Source: Chiloscyllium plagiosum
Lineage: Eukaryota
Length of the DNA: 43,585 bases
Direction of reading: 5' to 3'
Assembly: GCF_004010195.1 (NCBI RefSeq)
Contig: NC_057746.1
Location: 30,220,045 to 30,263,629 of the forward strand
Notes under the pieces: model-generated
What the model saw: the letters and a program-made list of their open reading frames with translations, nothing else
Databases searched by the model: none
Told to the model about the DNA's origin: nothing
Position numbers and translations under genes: made by a program
In this document: one piece after another, positions 23,541-33,889 of the stretch
Numbering within the stretch: position 1 is the stretch's first letter
Layout: each line of letters begins with the position of its first letter

Positions 23541-24625
23541 GGGAGTCAATGACCAGCTCCTTCACTTTGCTGACATTCAGGGAGAAAAATTGGCTTTACA
23601 CCATGCCATGAAGATGTCTGACTCTTTCCTGTACTCTCTCTTGCCGTTGTTTGAGATCTGACCCACTATGGTGGTATCATCAGTAAATTTGTGAATGAAG
23701 TTAGTGCTGAATTTGGCCCCACAGTTGTGAATGTATAAGGGGTACAATAAGGGGCTGAGCATGCAGCCGGTGTTCGGGATTATCGTGGAGGAGATGCTGT
23801 CACCTATCCTTACTGATTGGAATCTGTGGATCAGGAAGTCAAGGATCGAGTTGCAGAGTGGGGAGCAGGGTCCTAGGTCTCAGAGTTTGGGGATTAATTT
23901 TGTTGGAATCATAATGTTGAAGGTGTAACTAAAGTCAATGGATAGGAGTCTGGGATAAATGTCCGTGTTATCCAGGTGTTCCAGGGATGAGTGTAGGGCC
24001 AGGGAGATGGCATCTGCCATGGACCTATTACCCCAGTCGGCAAACTGCACAGGGTCAATCAAGGCAGTCGGGAAGGCTGGGGTTGATGCTGTGACTAACG
24101 TTTTGAAGGTTGTTATAATTATGACGTCAGAGCCACCGGTTGGTAGGCATTGAGGCACGCTGCTTGATTTGCTTTTGCACCGGGAATGATAACCGTCTTC
24201 CTGAAGTAAATGGGAACTTCAAAACCGTAGTAACAAGAGATTAAAGATATCAGTGAATACTCCTGCCAGCTGGTCCATACAGGGTCTGAGTGCACGGTGG
24301 GGGACTCCATCCAGGCCAGTCCCTTTCCATCGGTTCACTCTCAAGAGACAAATCTAATGTCTGTAGCGGTGACAGTGGGTAGAGGCCCACCCGAGGCTAT
24401 TGGGAGAGGTGATGTCATTTCACTGACCTTCTGTTCAAAGTGAGCATCAAACACGTTGAGCTCATCAGGGAGGGACGTACTGTTACCCGTGATTCTGTTT
24501 GACTTCACTTTGTAGCCAGTTATGTTGTGTAAGCCTGGTTACAAGTGATGGGGGCCTGTGTGATTAGTCTGGGTCTCAAGCTCCGTTTGGTATTGTGTCT
24601 TGGTGTTTCTGATGACCTTACAAAG
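23540..24625 (-). mobile_element. Rex1/Babar-like non-LTR retrotransposon RT remnant
   Basis: CLNAYQPVALTS, DAISLALHSSLEHLDN..IDFSYTFN, LSPLLYPLY..KFTDDTTIVGQISNN. Confidence 0.85.
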
Positions 24626-26170
24626 GTTCTAAATAATTAGCAGAATAACAAAAAGAAACTTCATCACGAAAGTGAAGACTCCTTAGCTGCAGAACCGACA
24701 ATTAGATCCTACAATTAGAATTCTTACTTTATTGTCATGGACTCACATAAGTGAAGTCAGAAGTTTACAAAGTTGCTCCTTATGGCGCCATCTTAGGTAC
24801 AAAGGTAACAAGATCTAGAATCTTCAGAATAAATTAGAAGAATAGAGAAATAAAAGGTTCAGCATCACAGTCATTCAAACGGACCGAGCCGGGTCTTACC
24901 TCCAGTCCGCACTGGGCCTCGTCCCCAGGCTGTGCCAGGAAGCTCCCTCTGCTCCGCATCAAACTTCGATGACCCACCGATCACTGAGCATTGGCACAGC
25001 TGATGACCCATCAGTGCCCGCTGTAGGCCCACTGCAGACCCTGCTCCAGGCACCGAGCTCCACCACTGCTAATGACACTCCAACACCACTCTATGTATCT
25101 ACTGAAGCATTGAAAATAGACAAGAACTGCTCCTTGCTCAATCTACACTTTAAGAACTGAAAATACACAACTGTTTCTTGTTAACCCCCATCAGTACGTT
25201 TCCAGTGACAGGCTACATCAGGAGTGCATAAACTATTCCATCCAATCATAGGACTCCGTTCAAATCGGATCTGCTGAATTCCGAAAATTCTTGCTTCCCA
25301 CAATCCTAACCGATCCTCCAATCCTTGTTTCAACAAACTCCTTCCCCCCTCTGAACCACGCTCAGGTCAGAGAAATGAGCCATTTGCCGTGACAAGACCC
25401 TGGTGTTGCCTCTCGGAGGAATTGTGGGTTAGATTCAGGAATCTCTTGCAGTGTAAGGTCAGAGGGTCTTACCCAAGGCCCCCAGCCAGTCCCTGTTACT
25501 GGGGCATTATTTGACATTGAGTTGACACGGAAAATATGAGGAATCACAAGGAGTTTCTGAAGGACAGAAGTAAACATTGAGCTGGCACAGGGAGTATAGA
25601 GGGGGCATAGGAATTGTTTTGAGAGATGAGTTGACACGGAGAGTATGAGGGGCCATGTGGATTGGGTGAAGGAATGAGAGAGTTCAGGGATAGAGAGGCC
25701 CTGGTTGTATAAACAGCAGGGGGAGGAAGTCCCAGAGAACCAAGGCAGGGTCTCTAACCAGCCCCCCTCAGCACTCTCCTTCACCTTGATGACCCAGGGT
25801 CTGATTCCAGGTTCAGTGAGCCCCACTCTGTCCCAGACTTTCCCACTATACTCAGCACCCCCCTCCCCCCACCAAACCCTGTCCCCAACTCCCAAACCCT
25901 GACCCACCACTGTCTTTGGAGAGAACAATTGTACAATTCAGGGTTCTTCTTACTGAAGGGAGTCCAGAAATATCCCGACTGGAGCTACCTGCCTCAGTAA
26001 CGGTCGGGAAAATTTGCTCCTTACCTTCCAATTTGTAATGAGCAATGCCACAGAAGGTCTCCAAGCTGGAGTTACCTCGTTTAAAAATGTCTGTAGAAAC
26101 CTTTGTGTGGAATTATTTATGCTTCATGTCACAGCAAGTTATTCAGTTTATTTATTATTTCTGTTTCCAG

Positions 26171-26197
26171 AGTGGAAGAGAATTTGTGAGTGTGAAG
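26171..26197 (+). other. Candidate orphan 27-nt exon resembling the butyrophilin pre-B30.2 exon
   Basis: tttattatttctgtttccag|AGTGGAAGAGAATTTGTGAGTGTGAAG|gtaaga; phase 1-1 reading (E)WKRICECE. Confidence 0.4.
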
Positions 26198-26246
26198 GTA
26201 AGATTTTAACTTAAAAATGTTTTAACACAGGAAAAAAATCAAAAGA

Positions 26247-26451
26247 AACACACACACACACACAGACACACTCCTCTCCATACACACAACACCCACTCAC
26301 ACATTCCCCCCATGAATCTCTCTTCCCCCCTGAACACACACACACACACATTCTCCTCCCCAGACACACATTGTCCCACCCCAAACACCACACATCGCCT
26401 TCCACAGAGGTACACACATCACCACCCTCTACAAACGCGCACACACACACA

Positions 26452-26497
<46 letters not shown>
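26247..26497. repeat. Compound (CA)n/(CT)n microsatellite region
   Basis: Direct observation. Confidence 0.9.
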
Positions 26498-26498
<1 letters not shown>

Positions 26499-26554
26499 CA
26501 ACCACCCCACCCCTGCCCAAATCTACGTAAACATCCCCTCACACACCATAAAAC

Positions 26555-26950
26555 TATAAGATACCAGAGCAGAATTAGACCATTCGGCCCATTGAGACTG
26601 CTACACCAGTTGCTCATGGCTGATATGTTTCTCGACCCCATTCTCCCTCCTCCTCCCTGTAACCTTTGACCTCATTACTAATCATGACCTCTGTCTAACT
26701 CTATTCAAAATACACACAATGACTTGCCCTCTGTGGCAATGAGTTCCACATATTAACCATCCTCTGGTGAAGAAATTCTTCCTCATTTCAGTTCTAAAGG
26801 ATTGTCCCTTCACTCTGAGATTCTGCCCTCAGGTCTATGTATCTCCTACTGGAGGAAATATCTTCTCTAAGTAAACTCCACTCAGTACAGATCCAGAGTC
26901 CTCAACTACTCCTCAGATACTCACTTTTAATCCATGGGATTATTCACGTA
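26555..26950 (-). mobile_element. CR1 LINE 3' end
   Basis: ATAAGATACCAGAGCAGAATTAGACCATTCGGCCC tail. Confidence 0.8.
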
Positions 26951-26954
26951 AACC

Positions 26955-27922
26955 CATCAGATCATGTCGATCAGTTGGAGCAGCAGTAAGAGGCAGTGAG
27001 AAATTTACAGGAGCTGGTGGTGTGATGGATGGCAGTTGCAGAAAGGGAGTGAAACTGAAGATACAGTCAGGGAGATGGGTTACAGCCAGGAAAGGCAAGA
27101 GGGGTAGGCAGGCAGTGCAGGAGTCTCCTGTGGCTATCCCCATCTCAAACAGGGATGCTGTTTTGGAAAATGTAGGGGGTGATGGACTCTCAGGGGAATG
27201 TAGCACTGATAGCCAGGTTTCTGGTACCAAGACTGGCTCCAATGTAACGAGGGGTAGGTCAGGTTCCAAGCGTTCGATTGGAGAGACAGACATTCCTGCA
27301 GCTGACAGCGAGAAATCAGAATGGTGTGTTGCCTCCCTGGTGCCAGGATCAGGGATCTCTCAGAGAGGGTGCAGAATATCCTCAAAGGGGAGTGGGACCA
27401 GCAGGAGGTCATTGTACACATTGGAACTAATGACATAGAAAGGAAAAAAAGATGAGAGTCTGAGAGGTTAGGCAGGAATTTAAAAAGGTGGTCCTCGAGT
27501 ATTGCAATATTTGGATTAATCTCAGTGCTACGTGCTACTGAGGGAAGGAATAGGAGGATAGAGCAGATGAATGTGTGGCTGAGGAGCTGGTGCAGGGAAG
27601 AATGGTTCACATTTTTGGATCATTGGAAGCTCTTCTGAGGTTGAAGTGACCTGTACAAGAAGGGTGGATTCCACTTGAATTGAAAGGGGACTGATATACT
27701 GGCAGGGAGATTTACTAGAGCTGCTTGGTAGGATTTAAACTATGTTGGGGGAGCCCTGGAAGATAGTGAGGAAAGGGAGCAGTCTGAGACTGCAATAGTT
27801 GGGAAAAGGAGTAATTTGAACAGTCAGGGAAGGCAGGAAAAAAGCAAAGAACCAGGCAGGACTGATAAAGTTCTAAATTAGAGGAAGGCCAATTTTGACG
27901 AAATTAGGCAAGATCTTTCAAA
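26955..27922 (+). mobile_element. CR1 LINE 5' portion (ORF1 esterase-like), decayed
   Basis: GRWVTARKGKRGRQAVQESPVAIPISNR; GTGTTGCCTCCCTGGTGCCAGG; CACATTGGAACTAATGACATAG. Confidence 0.85.
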
Positions 27923-27924
27923 AG

Positions 27925-29450
27925 TTTCCAGGTGCACCATTTCAGAATGCTGCTAACCATGATCCTTTACAATCACCTTTGACCTGCCGAGAGGAAGAAT
28001 TTGTCTTCCAATACGCTGAGCATACTCAAAAGGAGACTCATAGAGTTTATTTCCCCCAAAAAACTAAACTAACTACAAAACACAAAAGGCACTTACTGGT
28101 GTCTCTACCCCCTGCCGACAAAGGGCACTTACATTTCCCACACACACCTCCATCCCCTCACTTCCAGCTCAAGCTGCACCCCAAACCCAAGCAATGGGAG
28201 AAACCAAACAAAGGACATTGTAAACACAGGGGTATAACCAAAACAGTGAGCCCTCTGCCCACTCCTCACAATATATAACTTTACCACTCCAGCTCGGAGA
28301 GAAAAAAACCCACCGACAACAGCTTCTTTGGGAAAAGAGTGAAAGTATAAGAAATAAAAGCAAGACAAAACAAAGCCCAGACACTGTTGTCCATGTCCAT
28401 AAACACATCGACATTATTTTAAAAGGTCCAAGAAGTTCTTGGCCTGCTCCAAGGAGTGAAACGACTGCACAGTCTCCTTGTACGTAATACAAAGCACTGC
28501 TGGGTAACTCATCGAATACTGAATACTGAGGTCCTTTAAACTTCTCTTAACCTCATCAAATGATTTCCTCTTATGGATCACTGCTGCAGAAAAGTCCTGG
28601 AAAAACATTATCTTAGTTCTCTGATAGGTCAGGGCCTGCGGTTCTCTCCCCAACCTTCTGGAAGCTGTCATGACTCTCTGCTAGTCCCTGTAGTATTGAA
28701 ATCAGATCAGAACCAGGTGGGGACACTGACCCTGACTGGATCTGTGCACCGCAACCCGGTGAGCTCTGTCAACCTTCACCCGGTCTGCCTTGGCATCCCA
28801 GCCAAGAAATGAGGCAACCAGTCTTCAAATAAACTTGCTGGCTGCCCACCTTCTACACCGTCCAGCAGGGCGATGACCCAGATATTTTTCCTCCTACCTC
28901 TATTTTCCAGGTCATTGACTTGCTGAGTCAGGGCCCGAGCCTGTTTCTCAAGGGCATGGATCTGCCCCGCTGAGGTCTCGACCTCAGTCTCTAACACTGC
29001 GGTCCGCTGCTCAACCTCTTCAACTCGCTTCCTGAGCCCTTCCAACTCCTTCTCATGCTTTTGCAGCATGGCTGAGATGGGCTCTCGGTGATTATGAGTC
29101 TCTTCTCTCATCTCCTGGATCAGCTGTCGGATCACTCCGAGTTTCTCCATGATGTTGTGCTGTGCAGGCATTTCTATCACAGCTGGTGAGGGAGCTGCAG
29201 CTGCTGCCCCAGTCACAGTCTCGGGCCCACTCACTGTTTCAGAGTGTCCCGAGTGTTGAGACTTGGCCGTTTGCTTCCTCTTAGTCATTCTCACACACTC
29301 CAAAAAGGTTTTAAACAGTTCTTTTATCGTTTAACAATAATTTCTTTGTAAAAATAACTAAGGTGGGGGGTGAAAACATATTACTGCCTTGGGTTGGGGT
29401 GCAGAGCTCAGCAAAGCTGATCTATTCAGATTGCCACCATCTTGAATCCC
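27925..29450 (-). mobile_element. L1 element 5' half: 5' UTR, disrupted ORF1p, inter-ORF spacer and first codons of ORF2
   Basis: Coiled coil plus DLENRGRRKNIWVIAL (28776-29303) and IMFFQDFSAAVIHKRKSF..YPAVL (28414-28671) match L1 ORF1p (Transposase_22). MVSSILKWCTW near 27960 is an ORF2 start. Confidence 0.88.
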
Positions 29451-29451
29451 C

Positions 29452-30080
29452 TAGTAAGTTTGGAGACGACTCTAAAATTGGAGGCGCAGTGGACAGCATA
29501 GGAGTACAATGGGATCTTGATCATAAGGGCCAAAGGGCTGAGGAAAGCAGATGGAGTTTAATCTAGATAAATGTGAGGTACTGCATTTTGGAAAAGCAAA
29601 TCAGGGCAGGACTCTGCACTTAATGGGAAGGTTCTGGGAGTGTTGCTGAACAAAGAGACCTTAGGGAGCAGGTTCATAGCTCCTTGAAATTAGAGTCGCA
29701 GGTAGATAGGATAGTGAAGAAGGTGTTTGATATGCTTTTCTTTATTGGTTAGTACATTGAGTAGAGGAGTTGGGAGGTCGTGTTGCGGCTGTTGATTAGA
29801 CCACTTTTGGAATATTGCATGCAATTCTGGTCTCCCTGCTATAGGAAGGATGTTGTTAAACATTATCACACAGAGTGTGGTGTGTGTATGGAAGTGATGG
29901 AGGCTGGTATAATTACAACATTTAAAAGGCATCTGGATGGGTATTTGAACATGAAGGGTTTAGAGGGATATGGGCCAAATGCTGGCAACTGGGACTACAT
30001 TTATACAGGATATCTGAACAACATGGACGGTTGGACCGAAGGGTCCGTTTCCCTGCTGTACATCTTTGTGACTCTATGAC
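29452..30080 (+). mobile_element. CR1 LINE 3' portion with an internal deletion
   Basis: KFGDDSKIGG, RPLLEYCMQFWSP, FKRHLDGY, GACTCTATGACTC tail. Confidence 0.9.
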
Positions 30081-31943
30081 TCCTCTGGGCCCCCTTCAAT
30101 CCAGTACATCTTTCCTTAGATATGGAGCCCAAAACTGCTTTTGTATTTTCAACGTTGCACATTGCCAACATCCGAACTGCCAACTAAACCGATATTAATA
30201 TTTAGTGAATTCTGAAATAGGACTCCAAACTCTGTCTGTTCTTCAGATTTCTGAAGCCTTTTTCTAGCTATAAAATTCACTTTTATTCTTCCAATCAAAA
30301 TGCATGGCCTCACACTTTCCCACATTGTATTCCATCTGCCACTTCTTTGCCCACCCTTGTAGCCTGTCTATGTCTTTCTGTGGCCTCCTTGCTTCCTCAA
30401 TACGACTTGCCCCTCCACTTAACTTTGTGTCATTTGCAAACTTCACAACAATATCCTTAGATCCTTCTCTGAGATCATTAATATTTTGTGTGGAGAGTTA
30501 TGGTCCCAACACTGACCCCTGCAGAGTTCCACTCATCACTGGCAGCCACCCTGACAGAAGACCCCTGTTACATCCCCACTGTCTGCCACCTGCCAGTCAG
30601 CCAATCCTCTATCCATGTCAGTACATTGCCCTGAACGCCATGGGTTCTTACACCTTGTCAGAGGCCTTCAGAAAATCCAAATAGATCATGTCTACTCAGT
30701 AATAGAATCCTAATAGAGCCATACAGCGTGGAACAGACCCTTCGGTCCAACCAGTCCATGCTGAACGTAATTCTGAAATAAATGAGTCCTATCTGCCTGC
30801 TCCGAGCCCATATCTCTCCAAACCTTCCCCATTCTCGTACTTATCCAAATGTCCTTTAAACATTATAATTGTAGCTGCATCCACCACTTCCTCAGGAAGT
30901 TCACTGCACATACAAACCACCCTCTTGTAAAGAAATCGCATCCTATATCTTTAAAATTTCTCTCCTCACATCTTAAAAATGTGCCCCCTGTATTTGAAAT
31001 CCCCTCTCCTAGGGAAAAGACAACTACCATTAACCCTATACCTCTTATTATTTTAGAAACTTCTCGTAGGTCACCTCTCATCCNNNNNNNNNNNNNNNNN
31101 NNNNNNNNNNNNNNNNNNNNNNNNNNNNNNNNNNNNNNNNNNNNNNNNNNNNNNNNNNNNNNNNNNNNNNNNNNNNNNNNNNNNNNNNNNNNNNNNNNNN
31201 NNNNNNNNNNNNNNNNNNNNNNNNNNNNNNNNNNNNNNNNNNNNNNNNNNNNNNNNNNNNNNNNNNNNNNNNNNNNNNNNNNNNNNNNNNNNNNNNNNNN
31301 NNNNNNNNNNNNNNNNNNNNNNNNNNNNNNNNNNNNNNNNNNNNNNNNNNNNNNNNNNNNNNNNTCATCCGCAAACTTACTCACTATGCCTTCTACGTTT
31401 CATCCAAATCATTTATATAGACGACAAACAAAAGAGGACCCCGAACTGATCCCTGTCGAACATTGCTGGTCACACGTCTCCAGTCTGGAAAGTAACCCTC
31501 CACCATTGCTCTGTCTCCTGCTGTTCAGCCAATTATGTATCCAATTGGCAAGGACACCCTGAATCCCATGGGACCTAACTTTCCTAATTAGGCTACCAGG
31601 CAGAACCGTGTTAAAGGCTTCACTAAAATCCAAATAAACAATGTCAATTACTCTGCCATCAACAATCTTTTTGGTAACTTGCTCAAAAAAAAACAATCAA
31701 GTTTATGAGATATGATTTTCCTCACACAAAACCATGCTGACTCCCTAATCAATTTTTACCTCTCGAAATGTTCCTAAATCCTATCTCCAACAATTTACCC
31801 ACAACCAAAGTCAGACTCGCAGGTCTATTGCTCCCTGGGGGTTACTCCTCATAACCTTTCTTAAACAAAGGTACAACATTAGCCACCCTCCAGTTATCAG
31901 GCACCCCACACGTAGTTAGAGATGATGCAGATATGTCTGCAAG
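30080..31943 (-). mobile_element. Nested CR1 fragments spanning the gap at 31084-31364
   Basis: KFANDTKL..WQMEYNVGKC; YLDFSEAFN; WRVANVVPLFKKG. Confidence 0.85.
31084..31364. other. Assembly gap (281 N)
   Basis: Run of N. Confidence 1.
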
Positions 31944-32443
31944 NNNNNNNNNNNNNNNNNNNNNNNNNNNNNNNNNNNNNNNNNNNNNNNNNNNNNNNNN
32001 NNNNNNNNNNNNNNNNNNNNNNNNNNNNNNNNNNNNNNNNNNNNNNNNNNNNNNNNNNNNNNNNNNNNNNNNNNNNNNNNNNNNNNNNNNNNNNNNNNNN
32101 NNNNNNNNNNNNNNNNNNNNNNNNNNNNNNNNNNNNNNNNNNNNNNNNNNNNNNNNNNNNNNNNNNNNNNNNNNNNNNNNNNNNNNNNNNNNNNNNNNNN
32201 NNNNNNNNNNNNNNNNNNNNNNNNNNNNNNNNNNNNNNNNNNNNNNNNNNNNNNNNNNNNNNNNNNNNNNNNNNNNNNNNNNNNNNNNNNNNNNNNNNNN
32301 NNNNNNNNNNNNNNNNNNNNNNNNNNNNNNNNNNNNNNNNNNNNNNNNNNNNNNNNNNNNNNNNNNNNNNNNNNNNNNNNNNNNNNNNNNNNNNNNNNNN
32401 NNNNNNNNNNNNNNNNNNNNNNNNNNNNNNNNNNNNNNNNNNN
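31944..32443. other. Assembly gap (500 N)
   Basis: Run of N. Confidence 1.
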
Positions 32444-33099
32444 CTGGGAGGAGTGTGCGGCAGATCAGTATCACTGTGTAACAGACTGGAAGGAGTGTGC
32501 GGCAGGTGAGTATCACTGTGTAACAGACTGGGAGGAGAGTGCGGCAGGTCAGTCTCACTGTGTAACAGACTGGGAGGAGTGTGCGGCAGATCAGTATCAC
32601 TGTGTAACAGACTGGAAGGAGTGTGCGGCAGGTGAGTATCACTGTGTAACAGACTGGGAGGAGAGTGCGGCAGGTCAGTCTCACTGTGTAACAGACTGGG
32701 AGGAGTGTGCGGCAGATCAGTATCACTGTGTAACAGACTGGAAGGAGTGTGCGGCAGGTGAGTATCACTGTGTAACAGACTGGGAGGAGAGTGCGGCAGG
32801 TCAGTCTCACTGTGTAACAGACTGGGAGGAGTGTGCGGCAGGTCAGTATCACTGTGTAACAGACTGGGAGGAGAGTGCGGCAGGTCAGTATCACTGTGTA
32901 ACAGACTGGGAGGAGTGTGCGGCAGGTCAGTATCACTGTGTAACAGACTGGGAGGAGAGTGCGGCAGGTCAGTATCACTGTGTAACAGACTGGGAGGAGT
33001 GTGCGGCAGGTCAGTATCACTGTGTAACAGACTGGGAGGAGAGTGCGGCAGGTCAGTATCACTGTGTAACAGACTGGGAGGAGTGTGCGGCAGGTCAGT
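32444..33099. repeat. 42-bp minisatellite, at least 15.6 units (runs into the gap)
   Basis: Unit CTGGGAGGAGWGTGCGGCAGGTCAGTATCACTGTGTAACAGA. Confidence 0.98.
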
Positions 33100-33870
33100 T
33101 CTTACTTGAATGGTAAGAAATTGCAGCACGCTGCTCTGTAGAGGGACCTGGGTGTCCTTGTGCATGAATCACAGAAGATTGGTCTGCGGGTACAACAGGT
33201 AATTAAGAAGGCACATGGAATTTTGTCCTTTATTGCTAAAGGGAATGAGTTTAAAAGCAGGGAGGTTATATTGCAGCTGAATAGGGTGCTGGCGAGGCCA
33301 CACTTAGAGTATAGTGTGCATGTTTTGGCCTCCTTACTTGAGAAAAGATGTACTAACACTGGAGGGGGTGCAGACGAGGTTCTCTAGATTGATTCTGGAT
33401 TTGAGGGGGTTAGCTTATGAGGAGGGACTGAGTAGACTGGGGATTATACTCATTGGAATTTAGAAGAATGAGAGGGTATCTTATCGAAACATATAAAATT
33501 ATGAAGGGAATAGTTAAGATGTAAGTAGAGAGGATGTTTTAAACTGGTGGGTTAAACTGGGACAAGAGGGCATCGCCTCAAAATGAGGGCGAGCAGATTT
33601 AGGCCGGAATTGAAAAGGAACTTCTTTACCGGAGGATTGTGAATCTATGGAATTCCCTGCCCAGTGAAGTCGTTGAGTCTTCCTCAGAAAATGTTTTTAA
33701 AGCTACGATAGGTAATTTTTTTGAACAGTAAATGAATTAAAGGTTATGGTGAGTGAGTGGGGAAGTGGAGCTGAGTCCATGAAAAGATCAGCCATGATCT
33801 TACTGAATGGCGGAGCAGGTTCGAAGGGCTACATGGTCTACTCCTGCTTCTAGTTCTTACATTGTGCTCT
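33100..33870 (+). mobile_element. CR1 LINE 3' portion
   Basis: VQQVIKKAHGILSFI..ARPHLEY; tail CTACTCCTGCTTCTAGTTCTTA. Confidence 0.9.
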
Positions 33871-33889
33871 TATGTAAGAGAAGAGAATA

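Noticed and set aside
25362-25928. 188-aa ORF
   Set aside because: No recognisable domain or splice context; low-complexity composition
32444-33099. Tandem array as a CRISPR, or as an array of V(D)J RSS heptamers (CACAGTG on the minus strand of each unit)
   Set aside because: No unique spacers and the genome is eukaryotic; no ACAAAAACC-like nonamer at 12- or 23-bp spacing
31842-33165. Long ORFs of 406 and 422 aa, and the ORFs at 14469-15119 and 30849-31562
   Set aside because: Artefacts of N runs and a stop-free 42-bp repeat
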